A DNA stretch of 63,436 nt, filler included, from Octopus bimaculoides (GCF_001194135.2; 5 parts of 5 records of this genome joined end to end with filler, not necessarily neighbours in it), one strand, 5' to 3'. Shown: positions 15,173 to 28,402, numbered from the whole stretch's first letter. The notes: generated from the sequence alone by a model not told the origin. Translations and numbers: made by a program.

Positions 15173-15544
15173 TGCAGGAGTGACTGTGTCGTAAGTAGCT
15201 TCCTTTCCAACCACATGGTTCCGAGTTCAGCCCCACTGTGTGGCACCTTGGGCAAGTGTCTTCTACTATAGCCTTAGGCCGAGCAAAGCCTTGTGAGAGG
15301 ATTTGTTAGACAGAAATTGAAAGAAGCCTGTTGTATATATGTATGTGTTTGTGTGTCTGTCCCTGCCACCATTGCTTGACAACCGTTGATAGTGTGTTTA
15401 CGTCCCCATAACTTACCGGTTCAGCAAAAGAGACCGATAGAATAAGTACTAGGCTTACAAAGAATAAGTCCTGGGGTTGATCTGTTTGACTAAAGGCGGT
15501 GCTCCAGCATGGCTGCAGTCAAATGACTGAAACAAATAAAAGAA
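15171..15544 (+). mobile_element. SINE family A
   Basis: Collinear with 25493-25910. Confidence 0.8.
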
Positions 15545-15989
15545 TATCTGCCTGATTTTGATAAAAAACAAATGGCAGGTGAAGTTGGGTATAGGGGTAT
15601 AGGCTCTTGCCTCCTGTTTAAACCATCACACCCCACAACTAATTATTTTTAAATAATTTCAATGAAAATCTGGGCAAAATGAAATGGAATTAGAATGTTT
15701 TGAAGTTTTTCACACAAACAACTTCTTGTTTATCACTACTTTGTAATTAATGAAATGATATGGTTTTCTTATATTTGCAGGCCTTAATTATTGTTAACAT
15801 TTTGAGTGTGTATCAGAGTATAGCTACACACACACACCTTCTCTCTCTCTCTCTTTCTCCACCCCCACCATTCGTTTGTTTCTTACAAAATCATTTGCAG
15901 TTTTCAGAACCTCTTTTTATCTTACATATTTGAAATCCATTCTTATTCTAATCCTTCACCGAAATGTATTTACAGTTCATTCTTTGTTT

Positions 15990-16207
15990 AATCTGTTTAG
16001 CATTTAAACTGGCCACAACCGGCTTAAATATTCTACCTGTTGTATGTTCAAACTGGTCTGATTCAGCCTCTCACGCCTATCCTACAATGCCCTTCTGAAA
16101 ATAAACAATCACATCATCAAAATCTTGAAGCTACAAGACAATGCTTGATTAATTCAAAATAAATAAACATGACATTTGACTGAGTGTTCTGAATACAAAA
16201 GAGCTAA
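15990..16207. mobile_element. piggyBac-type MITE, degenerate third copy
   Basis: Shares tttagcatttaaac...catcaaaatct..aagcta internal sequence with 16538-16753. Confidence 0.55.
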
Positions 16208-16248
16208 AGAATCGCAAGTATCTTTTAAGAAATACACTTCCAGTATGT

Positions 16249-16305
<57 letters not shown>

Positions 16306-16537
16306 CTTTCATGATGACGTTCTTTTCACATTTCTTTCAGATATTAATATTATTGTCATGATAGACTCTGTAGAACAGTTGACCAAAATTCTTTGAGGTA
16401 TCTTGTTATGCCCCTGTAATCTTGTAAGGGGTTGATGTTGCCTTTTATCTTTCCAAGATTGAGAAATACCTGGAAGTGGGTCTTTGTTAATTGACTAATT
16501 TTTCCATTATTAATGTTTACTTGTGGCTTTGTCTTAA

Positions 16538-16753
16538 CCCTTTAGCATTTAAACAGGCCATATCTGGCCAAAATATTCTGTTTTATGTTCAGACTGTCAA
16601 GATGTGGCCTCTTACACCTATCCTGCAATGTCATTCTAAAAATTTACAATCATATCATCAAAATCTCAAAGCTATAAGACGATGTGTGACTAATTCAAGA
16701 CAATGTCAATCAATAGACATTAAATTTGACAGAAGAATCTGAATGTTAAAGGG
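16538..16753. mobile_element. piggyBac-type MITE
   Basis: TTAA flanks on both sides; termini ccctttagcatt / aatgttaaaggg. Confidence 0.8.
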
Positions 16754-17584
16754 TTAAGCAATAGCGACTCAAAGATGATAAATCCATTCCTTGCATTCCT
16801 TACTAACAACTACAATGTCACTTTGCTCAATGCACGATGTTTCTAAAATGCTATAAAGTCATCTTTGAAATGATGGTCTTATGACAAAGACAAAACCAAA
16901 AGAGGGACTGAATCAATTTATTCCACTCATTATAAAGGCTGAATGAATTATTTAGTCTTTACAACTTCTTTATAAAATAACAAATGAACATGGTGCATAA
17001 TATTAATAATAATAATAGTAATAATAATAATAATAATGATGATGATTATGATATCTATAATTATGATAATGAAATATAATTTTCTTATATAATAAAACAT
17101 CAATCACCACCATTTTCCACAATATATTATATATGTCTCGCTTTAAGTCTACAGACTTTTAGACATCTTAGATTCTAGCAAGAGCTATCAGTGCCTTGTC
17201 CAATTGTTTATGAAAACACACACACACACACATACATGCACATACATATGTAATTTAAATTATTGAAGAGAAAAAATTAATTTACAATTGTCTTGAAGGA
17301 AGAATTATTTATGCACAAAACAAACAATTATGAAATTATATGCAAGTTTTATAATTTCTTAAATTCGTATTCCAGAATGGCCTTTCTTTCACAAATTGAT
17401 GCATTTGATGTTACTTTTTACCGATTAAAATCCTGAAAACAGTTCAAGTGACTTTTCTCTCTTTAAAAATAATACATTTTGTTTCTTCTGTCACAATATC
17501 CAGTGTTCTTCACACCCCATGTTTTATATTCTTCATGCTTCCACAGACAGGAATATCACATGAAACGTGCATGCATGCATGCAT

Positions 17585-17631
<47 letters not shown>

Positions 17632-18336
17632 ACCTTTCTTTCTCTCTCTCTCTCTCTCTCACACACAATTATACAACGCTGGCCAAAAGCTACCTGACAG
17701 TAAATCGAAACCATTTAATTCCAAGATTTATTCATGTTTAACAACTGAATGAATTTAATAAAAAGCATCTAAATATGAAACATCATGAAAATTGTTCAAA
17801 CTGAAGTCCTTCTTGAGCAACACATTTTCCCATTCAAGTCAATATAGAATTACAGATAGTATTTATGGAATTCTGATTTACCGTTAGGTGACTTTTGGCC
17901 AACTCTGTATATATTAAGATAGATAGATATGGATAAAGAGGAATTTTATACTTTCTCGTATTAAATTTATTTGAAAATAGAGAAATATACAAAGAAATAA
18001 CAAACATACATCACCCATGTCAGCACGACATAAAAAGCACCCACTCCACTCTCTAAAGTGGTTGGCATTAGGAAAGGCATCCCGACAGAGAGACCATGTC
18101 CAAACAGACAACTGGAGCCTGGTCTGCCACAATGGAAAATGGGCATATGATGATGATGATATATCCATATCCACAGAATAAAAATGTCTGAGAGCATGAA
18201 TATTACGTTATGAGTTGCTTGTTATTATGAAATAACTACAAATATTGTATGTTGCTGTTATGACAGCAATATTTAATAAATATGTGAGCAATATGTCATA
18301 AATATATATAAAACTTACTGGAACAGAAGTCATTTA

Positions 18337-18541
18337 CCCTTTTGCATTTAAGCCAGCCATATCTGGGCCCAAATATGCTTTATGTTCAAAGCAGCCAGAT
18401 CCAGTCTCTCATACCTAACCTACAATGCCATTCTAAAAATAAACAATCACATCTTAAAGCTGCTAGATTATGCATAATTAATTCAAAACAATGTGGATCA
18501 ATAAGGATTACATTTGAGAAAGCAGTCTGAATGGTAAAGGG
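18337..18541. mobile_element. piggyBac-type MITE, second copy
   Basis: Collinear with 16538-16753; degenerate TTAA flanks. Confidence 0.65.
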
Positions 18542-18550
18542 TCAAAACGA

Positions 18551-18935
18551 CTTTTCTTTTATTCTTTTACTTGTTTCAGTCATTTGACTGCGGCCATGCT
18601 GGAGCACCACCTTTTAGTTGAGCAAATTGACCCCAGGACTTATTCTTTGTAAGCCTGGTACTTATTCTCTCGGTCTCTTTTTGCCAAACTGCTAGGCTAC
18701 GGGGACGTAAACACACCAGTCTCACAGGTCAAGTGATGTTGGGAGTGGGGGGGAGAAACACACACATGTATACATATATACGACGGGCTTCTTTCAGTTT
18801 CTGTCTACCAAATCCATTCACAAGGCTTTGGTTGGCCTGAGGCTATAGAAGACACTTTCCCAAGGTGCCATGCAGTGGGACTGAACCCTGAACCATATGG
18901 TTGGTAAGCAAGCTTCTTACCACACAGCCACTCCT
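18551..18935 (-). mobile_element. SINE family A
   Basis: Reverse-complement match. Confidence 0.8.
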
Positions 18936-19655
18936 ACTGTCCACATTTTCTATGAAATTTCAATTTAATGTTTTACCAGATGCGCTGTAGTTTTTCATTT
19001 TTTTCTTAGCTTGTGCAGATAAGTTCTTAGAATGCTGTTGTTTGTTTGTGCTGTATTAATCGTGCAGTTTTATAATCATTTCACTTTACATTCCACTGGA
19101 CTTTTTACAAATGTGCAGAAGTGCTTTATGTTTTTGAATATTAAAACTCTCTCCCCCCTCTCTCTTCACACACACAAATATGTATGAATAATGTTCTTGC
19201 ATCAAATTTTCATGTTACAATCTAAAATTTACACTGATTCTAATAAATTCTCTTGTATAAAACTATTTTTTCAAACAACTGTTTCTCTCCAAAGGGCTTT
19301 TGATATATTTGAAATGCATAAACATGAAACCTTTGTTTTCTTCAAAAAAGCAGAAGAAATCACTCAACCATGAAGAAGCATAACAACAACTTCTGCCAAA
19401 CCAAATCTGGGCTACTCAATGCATCTATCCTACATCTTTTATCTTTTATTCCTTCACTTATTTCAGCCAGTAGGCTGTGGCCATGCTGGGGCACTGTCTT
19501 GAAGAATTTTTAGTCGAATGAATTGATCCCAGGACTTATTTTTAAGCTTTGTACTTATTCTATCACTCACTTTTGCTGAACTGCTAAGTTATGGGGACAT
19601 AAACACACACACACACACACACATACATACATACACACACACATATATATATATA

Positions 19656-19755
19656 NNNNNNNNNNNNNNNNNNNNNNNNNNNNNNNNNNNNNNNNNNNNT
19701 TAATTAATTAANNNNNNNNNNNNNNNNNNNNNNNNNNNNNNNNNNNNNNNNNNNN
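19656..19755. other. Artificial scaffold spacer (44 N + TTAATTAATTAA + 44 N)
   Basis: Exactly 100 bp; six-frame stop 12-mer at 19700-19711. Confidence 0.95.
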
Positions 19756-20017
19756 ATCCTATCTAGTTCATTGACTCCTAAATACTTATATGGTTGGCTT
19801 TCGTCTAGTTCTCTTATTTCATTGGCTTTATCTAGTGTTATATTGCTACTTTTAACTAATTTTCCTCTTTTCAGGGTTGCATTGGCACATTTTTCTAATC
19901 CGAATTTCATATCTATTTCCTTGGTAAAGCCGTGTATTGTCTGTAGTAGTGTTTCTAGCTCTTTGTCGTTTTTAGCATATAATTTTAGGTCATCCATATA
20001 TAGAAGGTGGCTGACTG
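19756..20017 (-). mobile_element. R4/Dong-like RT fragment
   Basis: SHLLYMDDLKLYAKNDKELETLL...MKFGLEKCA...YKYLG (YMDD core); runs into the scaffold spacer. Confidence 0.85.
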
Positions 20018-20067
<50 letters not shown>

Positions 20068-20129
20068 CATTATTATTATTATTTTTTACTATCATAGTTT
20101 CATACGAGTTTCTATTGTACCACCTGGTG

Positions 20130-20575
20130 CACCTCCATATTTCTGAGGTGTGTGCAACATTGTGTGTTCTTATTTTAGCAAGATTAAGGAAAGTGGAGGG
20201 AATATGACTCTACGTTTAGGTGTACTGCATTAGTGTACATTTTTTATGGGGTTTAGTCTATGGTTTCTTATTATATTAGTGTTTGTTCTTTAGTGTGTGG
20301 TACTTTTATTGATGAATAGTATTATTTTATTGGGTATTAATCTTATATATTATATTCTACGCGAGTTGTTTTAGATTATTACAAGCTGAATTTATAGGGT
20401 TTAAGTTATATGTGAAGAATTTCGGTTTGAGTTATTCTAATGAGTCGATGATATTTGCGCAAGATGTCGGCTCTTCCTTGCAGAGATATTTTTCGGACAG
20501 TGTGTAGGGTCTTGAGTCCTGGAATGGCTTCTATGTTTCTTTTCATATATTTTAAATCATCATTCATAAAACAGC
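20130..20575 (-). mobile_element. R4/Dong-like 3' end and UTR
   Basis: YMKRNIEAIPGLKTLHTVRKISLQGRADILRKY, followed by UTR and a (TAA)n tail near 20020-20085. Confidence 0.5.
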
Positions 20576-21048
20576 AATTACTATTGTTATTGTTTCCACC
20601 ATCGTGTCCCACATCTTGAATATTTCAATTTCAAGATCCTTCTATTTTGATAGTTTTTGCCACTACTTTTCAGGTAATATTTACGTCAGTGCGCATGTGT
20701 TTGCGCATGCGTTTGTTGAGAAGAAATCGAGAGGTCGATCATCTGAAGGGATTGCGATGCCTTTGCTATCAATGCAGAGCCTCTATTCTGATTACTACTC
20801 CTAGTTTTACCCTATTAATAGTTTTGGTAGTTTAGGGCAATTGTGGGCCTGTGGAGTTTCTTGACTAACCCTATCCCAAGTGGATATCCTTCATACAGAG
20901 ACCCTTTTTAACTTTTCGCTGTCATCTGTCATTGTTTTTACTTTCCTTTAGCCTTGAAGTAAGATCTTCTATTCTTGTACGCGGTCCTTGTACTGTTCTT
21001 CACCTCCAACGTCATAAAGAAAATATCATTATTATTACTACTACTATT

Positions 21049-21099
<51 letters not shown>

Positions 21100-21257
21100 A
21101 TTATTATTATTATTATTATCATTATTATTGTTCAGTAGTTTTATTTTTATTACGTGCATTCACTTCACTACCGAGCGCAGCTCTGTGTGCCTTGGGTATG
21201 TGCTGTGGTTTGCTGTGATGCTCTTATGGTTACTGTATTGAAAGTGTTTTGCGTAGG

Positions 21258-21305
<48 letters not shown>

Positions 21306-21716
21306 TCCGCTGAGGTCGACTTTACTTTTCATCCTTTCGGGGGTACACAAAATGAACACCAGTTGAGCACAGAGATCGAATTAATCGACTTACCCCTCCC
21401 CCGACCCGAACTTGCTGGCCTTGTGCCAAAATTTGAAATCATCATTATTATTATTATTCCTATTATTAAAGCTATTGATGTCGTTATTGTTGCTTATTGT
21501 TGCGGTGATGGTAGTAGTTTTGCTGTTAATTAGTCAATTAATTAATTAACATTGTTTCTGTACAGATAAATTCCTTAAGAGGATGGGGGTTACGTTGATG
21601 ATGTAAATGTCAGTGCTAAAGTGGCGGTGGCGGTGGTGGTGGTTGTGATTGTGGACTTTGCGTCGATGTTTTTAATCTGTTTATAATTTGTAAATAAAAT
21701 AAAACGTTGCCGGTTT

Positions 21717-22613
21717 TCATTTCCTCGAATTCTCAAGCATGGAATCCATATCTGATAGAATATCGTTGAGGTTTTCCTCTTCTTCCTCTTCATCTTGTTG
21801 TAGTTGTTGTTGCTCTAGTTTTAGTTGTTTTTCTACTTCATCCACATCCAGTTTCTGTTGTTGTTCTCGTTCTCGTTCTCGTTCTCGTTCTCGTAGATAC
21901 TCTGTCTCATCTCCATAGCTACTTCCGTCGTCCGTCATCGAAATGTCGAAAGCATTCGTCGTTTTGGTCAACGGTGTAGAATCATCACTGAAACTTTCAG
22001 GGTCGCCACATTCATCAGGTGTCCTACCACCACCACCACCACCACCATCACAAGCACCACCACCACCACCGTGACCATCATTAACACAACTACCATCACT
22101 ACTAGTACCACCGCCACCACCAACACCACCACCATCACTACCAGTATACCCCTGTTCTACTTCTTCCGCTCTCTCATTGTCTTCTTCTGCTGCGGCCGCT
22201 GCCATCAAAGACGACGTGTCGGTTGCATCAAAGCAACCAGATGCCACCAACGTGGCCGGACCGCTGTTGTCATCAGCATAGCTTGAGATTTTATTTTTCC
22301 CAGGGGGAAAACTTTTGCTACAATGAAGTCGTGTTTCCGTGCCGTTTTCCATGTGGCCTTCCTTCACGTTGATATCATCACATTGGTGTTGGTGATGATC
22401 GTTGCTTGAGGCTGGCGGAGATGAAGCTTGAGGAGCTGGAGGAGAAGAAGGTGACGTTGGTGTCGCTACTTTGAGGTTTTTGCCCGAAACGCTCCCATTT
22501 CGGCTTACTTCTCCGTTGCAGTTGGTGGATTTGTTCAATAAGTTCGGATGTTTCTCGCTAAGGGTTGCTCTTTTGCGTTCAAAGCTGCATAAATCTGTAG
22601 TGTTGGTCGCCAC
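21717..22613 (-). CDS. Adhesion-class GPCR, terminal coding exon (298 aa low-complexity tail, TGA stop)
   Basis: tattttgtacccaacAG acceptor in phase 0; 897-nt open frame VATNTTDLCSF...MLENSRK*; longest gap-free ORF in the window. Joining it to the GPCR is inferred from phase and position. Confidence 0.75.
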   Translation of the reverse strand: MATNTTDLCSFERKRATLSEKHPNLLNKSTNCNGEVSRNGSVSGKNLKVATPTSPSSPPAPQASSPPASSNDHHQHQCDDINVKEGHMENGTETRLHCSKSFPPGKNKISSYADDNSGPATLVASGCFDATDTSSLMAAAAAEEDNERAEEVEQGYTGSDGGGVGGGGGTSSDGSCVNDGHGGGGGACDGGGGGGGRTPDECGDPESFSDDSTPLTKTTNAFDISMTDDGSSYGDETEYLREREREREREQQQKLDVDEVEKQLKLEQQQLQQDEEEEEENLNDILSDMDSMLENSRK

Positions 22614-23211
22614 CTGTTGGGTACAAAATACTAAGAACGATAACTTTGAATCATGTCCCTTATTGCCATTTTACTGAGATCGATCAAATGAAAGAGAGAA
22701 AGAGAGAAAGAAAGAGTAGAAAGAGAGAAAGAAAGAGTAGAAAGAGAAAGCACAAAAAATTTGAACTGTAAATTCATAAAGCAATTTTAAAAAGCAGATG
22801 CATTAATAATTGTACAGAAAATTATAGCATTTTTAAAAATATAATTTATGAAATGTATGCATTTATTAATCAAAAAGAGATATAGATGCGTTTATAATTG
22901 AATATATAGACTTAGAAAATTAATGCACATTTTTTTACTCAATTTACAAAATGTAATGCATTTATGCACTTATTATTTAGCAAGAGAGGGAGATGCATTT
23001 TTAGGCAGCATTTATGCACTTAATTGCTAAATAAATGCAAGTTATAAAGGCATATATCATATTATTATGAAAAAGAGGCATACAATAGCAATTCATATAT
23101 ATTATGTACTAAATGATTTTTAAGTATCAAGGCAATATGCAATTTATGATGAAACTTACGTGATGTTGTTATAATACAAATGCACATGATATCATTTCAC
23201 TGATGCAAGTA

Positions 23212-23262
<51 letters not shown>

Positions 23263-23869
23263 CATTTGCATATTATTTTGGTCAGATGCACTGTGTAGAA
23301 TGGGTATAGTTTATAAAATGCAGCACTGAACGATCGAAAGATAAATGAATGACTCTAAGGTAGGTTAAAGGCCACATATATAAGGAGGTGGTGGTTTTTA
23401 GTTAATTTAATTCTACCGTAGCGCATGTGAAGGAGCATGCGTGGTCTAGTGGTTAGAAATGTTAGACTCGTGATCATTAGGTTGTGGGTTCGAGTTCTGA
23501 GCTGAGTAGTTGACAGAAGAATCCTTGGACAAGATACTTCAGTTCGCGTGACTTCTGTTTACTCTGCTGAAAATAAGTACCAGACGCCTTTGAATGGTGC
23601 TCTATTTCCCTCTAGCTATCACATCTTCGATGTACTGTTTGGATCAAGGGAAGCAAGACCCAAGAGGGAGTACGTGCAAATCTAAAACAACTAGTGAAAG
23701 CACGGTACATACTGCTAAGTCGTACTCAATCATGAGTGGTGGCTATGGCTGGCTTGAGATGACAGCTGTACTTTATATATTCTGTCAAGGAGCATGAGAG
23801 GGTGCATGGCTTAGTGTTGGACAACACAATAATGGTTTCAAATCTCAGCACAGAGCCAGCAGCTTTTGA

Positions 23870-24045
23870 AGTGAGGGTAAGTTAATTACATTGACCCCAA
23901 TACTTGACTGGTACTTATTTAACGACCCCAAAGGACAAAAGGTAAAGTCCACCCCGGCGGAATTTGAACTCAGAACGTAAAGACGGACGAAATGCTACTA
24001 AATATTTTATCCGGCATGCTAACGATTCTGCCAGCTCATCGCCTT
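23870..24045 (-). mobile_element. SINE family B
   Basis: gaatttgaactcagaacgtaaagac...ccagctc reverse-complement match. Confidence 0.75.
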
Positions 24046-24061
24046 ATTGTAAAAAGTGAAG

Positions 24062-24293
24062 TTACTTTCTCGAGTCATATCGACCCATAAGGGCCGGTTT
24101 TCCAGTTTCATGGCGTATAAATTCCCCACCCGGATAGGACGCTGATCTGTCGCTACTCATCTTTGCCAGCTGAGTGAACTGGAGCAACGCGAAATGAAGT
24201 GTTTTGCTCAAGAACACAACCCGGTCCAGGAATAGAAACCACAATCTTCCGATCATGAGTCCAACACCTTAACAACTAAGCCACGCGCCTCCA
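24062..24293 (-). mobile_element. SINE family C-related copy
   Basis: gccagctgagtgaactggagcaacgcgaaatgaagtg..ttgctcaagaacacaac, then the head reverse complement. Confidence 0.65.
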
Positions 24294-25492
24294 CAATCGC
24301 CTTATTAGGTCACACAGTATAATAGGATCGTGTGTTTGATTCCCAGACTGGAGTGCACATTGTGTCCTTGGGCAAGTTACTTCATCTCATGTTCCAGTCT
24401 ATCCATGAATCAAGGGTTGAGCTTTTATGCCGAATCGTTAATACTCAGACATCTAAACAATTAGCGAAAGCGGTCTACATGCTGCCAAGTTAAACCCACT
24501 CGCGAGTGATGGTTATGGTTAACTAGACTATTTGTCTCGAGAAGAGCGTGGATTCACGTGGCCTAGTAGTTAGAGGCCTTGGGTCACGCAATTGTAAGGT
24601 CATGAGTTCAATTCCTATACCGGAGAGTGCATTGTATCGTTGAGAAATGCATTTCATTTCCCGTTGTTACTGGTGTAGCCCTATCTCCCTCCAAATGTTG
24701 CATCATCGATGTTCCATTGTAGGTCAAGGGTAAAAGATTCGAGAGGGTCTCTATGTCTTTTCGCAACTAAGTAGATGCCACAAGCAGTTAGCGAGAGCAG
24801 GGTATGGCCTACAAGTCATATTCGCTCGCGAGTGAAGGTTATGATTGGTAAGAGAAGATGGTTGTTGTCCATTTAGGAAACAATTTCACATATTTAAAGG
24901 TGACAGCTGTCTAAGATAGGTACTATGTCATATTTAGGGGTGAAGGACATAGGCCACAATCCTCAGTACATTGCTGGTACTTCTTTCATTGAGCTGATTG
25001 TTACTCCTAACAATCTCCAGGGGCTCTTTAATTTTCATACAAAATTTTCTATTACAAAATAAATAAATAAATAAATAAATAAATTAATTAACAGGAGCCG
25101 CTACACGATCACTCGACTGCCTGAAAATAGCAGTCCAAATCATTCCTCCCCTATATCTTACCCTACCGTCTTAGACAAGGAAAGGACGCCATCAGACAAT
25201 GTTATTCAACGTACTTCTAAAAAGACAGGATGATCGCGGCTGTAATGCTATTGATCATAGGTCTGCTCGATTGGAGTCGACCTTGGGCTAAAGAACAACA
25301 GCTGTCATACGGTCAAGTGTTGTAGAAACAAAAGAACCTGTCATCTGAAAGGAAAATCATAATAAAAAGTGATTCGAAGACTTGTTCTTTCGTTTGCCCA
25401 TGTGGCCATCCTCAGACATATTTAACAGAGAAAAGGAATCCAAGAGGTAAATTTTTAGTATTATACGCTATCTTCTTAAAAAGGACTATGTA

Positions 25493-25910
25493 GGCGCAGG
25501 AGTGGCTGTGTGGTAAGTAGCTTGCTTACCAACCACATAGTTCCGGGTTCAGTCCCACTGCGTGGCACCTTGGGCAAGTGTCTTCTACTATAGCCTCGGG
25601 CCGACCAAAGCCTTGTGAGTGGATTTGGTAGACGGAAACTGAAAGAAGCCCGTCGTATATATGTATATATATATATATATATGTGTGTGTATGTGTGTTT
25701 GTGTGTCTGTGTTTGTCCCCCCACCATCGCTTGACAACCGATGCTGGTGTGTTTACGTCCCCGTAACTTAGCGGTTCGGCAAAAAGAGATCGATAGAATA
25801 AGTACTAGGCTTCCAAAGAATAAGTCCTGGGGTCGATTTGCTCGACTAAAGGCGGTGCTCCAGCATGGCCGCAGTCAAATGACTGAAACAAGTAAAAGAG
25901 TAAAGAGAGT
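25493..25910 (+). mobile_element. tRNA-derived SINE, family A (octopus-type), full length
   Basis: A box TGGCTGTGTGG, B box GGTTCAGTCCC, internal (TA)(TG) tract, gtaaaagag tail; more than 10 copies in the window; a named family (OK/OR1/OR2) cannot be assigned here. Confidence 0.85.
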
Positions 25911-25999
25911 AACACTAACAAATTCTTAAATAGTATGATGAAAAATGTAACAATTTGTGTGTGTGTGTGTGTGTGTGTGTTGCATATACACATACACAA

Positions 26000-26340
26000 A
26001 AAGACCCTCTTCGGCTACGAATGACCATGGCATTCCACCTAGAAAGTTCCCCTCCGAGGCACAAGTCCGGGAAAGGTTGTTTGGAGACGAACAGCAGTCG
26101 CCCATGCATACCAGTCTCCCCCCACGCCACACCACCGATGTTGTCTAAGGGAAAGGCAAAGGCCGATACAGCCTGGTATCAGTGACATTGCAACTCATTT
26201 CTACAGTTGAGTGAACTGGAGCTACGTGAAATAAAGTACCTTGCTCAAGAACACAGCCCACAGCCCTATCCGGGAATCGAACTCGCAATTCCACGATTGT
26301 AAGCCCGATGTTCTAATCACTGAGTCATATGCCTTCACAA
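26000..26340 (-). mobile_element. SINE family C-related copy
   Basis: Same tgagtgaactggagc..gtgaaataaagt..cttgctcaag segment and tRNA-like head. Confidence 0.65.
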
Positions 26341-26370
26341 CTTATACACATACGTACATATGTATGTATG

Positions 26371-26402
<32 letters not shown>

Positions 26403-26499
26403 CATGTAGGTATGCATGTGTGTATGTATGTGGTCAGTAAAACCGTATAAGCTTACATACAATAATATTAAAAACAAACACATACACCATAAAACTTAC

Positions 26500-26640
26500 A
26501 GATGTAGAAGAATCCCGCACAAGCTTTTTGCCTCCTGAGGAAAACTCGCCATATGTCTCGAAATCCACGGAACTCTTTCGACCTGCAGACATAGTACTTC
26601 GCTTTCTGCCAAAATATTTTCTTTTGATTGCATTGCGTAC
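26500..26640 (-). CDS. Adhesion-class GPCR, helix 8/proximal tail exon
   Basis: cttttcaAG acceptor, GTAAG donor, 141 nt; VRNAIKRKYFGRKRSTMSAGRKSSVDFETYGEFSSGGKKLVRDSSTS. Confidence 0.88.
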
Positions 26641-27629
26641 CTTGAAAAGAAAGAAATTATTATTATTATTATTACTGAGTNNNNNNNNNNNNNNNNNNNN
26701 NNNNNNNNNNNNNNNNNNNNNNNNNNNNNNNNNNNNNNNNNNNNNNNNNNNNNNNNNNNNNNNNNNNNNNNNNNNNNNNNNNNNNNNNNNNNNNNNNNNN
26801 NNNNNNNNNNNNNNNNNNNNNNNNNNNNNNNNNNNNNNNNNNNNNNNNNNNNNNNNNNNNNNNNNNNNNNNNNNNNNNNNNNNNNNNNNNNNNNNNNNNN
26901 TTCAGGTCGAGTAGCCCATCCTGCTCAAAATGTCCCTGAATAAGGTTTGTTTAAGGATGTTGAGCAAAACACCCATGTTTCCAAAGGTGAATTATTCAGA
27001 CCCCAAAGAATTCCTCTCAACACATGGCTATGATTCTCCCCCACTACTTCTGCTCGTGATCAGAGATGCACATATGGTCAACCACCAAGGGACATGCTCA
27101 ACTGGTTATGGTCAAACAATTGACAAGCAAATCTGTGGTATTGAGCAGAATATTTGCTGTAGCCCATCTTTTTATACCAAGACAAAACAATGTACATGAT
27201 AACACTTCCAATCAATTAAGATCAGAAACCATGGGAGCCACTGCCTGGTTCTGCATCCGGGCATATTATTATTATTTTGTTTGACTTTTGCTTTGCATTT
27301 GTACAAGTTGGATCCAAGTCTCACCTAGAGACCTCAAGAGACAACAAGTTAGAAGTTCATGTAGGTGTTATGCCTAGGGTACCATATATTTCGATTTGTA
27401 CATAGTGTTGTTCTAGAGAATGTTTATGAAACCATAAGAAAATTATGTGTTTGTTATTATTATTATTATCATTATTATTATTTTACCGTTTTTCTTTCGT
27501 AATCAATTCAATTATTCATTCTATCGATAAATGACTCATATCTAGGATGAAGTGCAGTTTTGGTCCCGAGGTAGCAGAATCTTGGGCCTTTGTGACCAAT
27601 AAAAGAAATCATTATTGCAAGTATTTGGG

Positions 27630-27795
27630 AGATACGAGATAATCAATTACATCGACTCCAGTGCTCAAATGATACTGTTTTATCGACCCCGAAAGGATGA
27701 AAAACAAAGTCTATCTCGGCAGTACATGAACTCAGAATGTAAAGCCGGAAGAAATGCCGCTGAGCATTTTGTCCGGCGTGCTAACGACTCTGTCG
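27630..27795 (-). mobile_element. SINE family B
   Basis: Reverse-complement match. Confidence 0.7.
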
Positions 27796-27814
27796 ACTCT
27801 GTCAGCTCACCGCC

Positions 27815-28203
27815 TTAATCATGTTGGCACTCCGTCGCTTACGTTGTCGAGGGTTCCAGTTGATCCGATCAACGGAACAGCCTGCTCGTGAAATTAACGT
27901 GCAAGTGGCTGAGCACTCCACAGACACGTGTACCCTTAACGTAGTTCTCGGGGATATTCAACGTGACACAGTGTGACAAGGCTGACCCTTTGAATTACAG
28001 GCACAACAGAAACAGGAAGAAAGAGTGAGAGAAAGTTGTGGTGGAAGAGTACAGCAGGGTTCGCAACTATCCCCTGCCGGAGCCTCGTGGAGCTTTAGGT
28101 GTTTTCGCTCAAGAAACACTCACAACGCCCGGTTTGGGAATCGAAACCGCGATCCTATGACCGCGAGTCCGCTGCCCTAACCATTGGGCCATTGCACCTC
28201 CAC
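27815..28203 (-). mobile_element. tRNA-derived SINE, family C
   Basis: Minus-strand head gtggaggtgcaaTGGCCCAATGGttagggcagcggactcg..GTTTCGATTCC; body gatccgatcaacggaacagcctgctcgtg. Confidence 0.8.
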
Positions 28204-28402
28204 TGCCTTAATCATAAATAATTATAATAAAGAAATCAAACAGTAACAAGTACGTGTGTTTATTGTTGATTTAATAAAGATTAATTTAATGATTAAAACG
28301 TTAAAGAATAAACTCTTAAAAAGATATACAAAAAAAAAACGAAAATAAAAATAACAAAAACAATAAAAAACGAGAAGAAAGAATAAAACAAGAGGTACTT
28401 AC

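Noticed and set aside
20686-20712. Two GCGCATG (NRF1-like) words as a promoter
   Set aside because: No adjacent gene start is visible and the site is flanked by R4-like retroelement debris
28120-28203. tRNA gene
   Set aside because: A and B boxes are present but run straight into the SINE body, with no complete cloverleaf or poly-T terminator; the same applies to heads near 23430, 24330 and 24555
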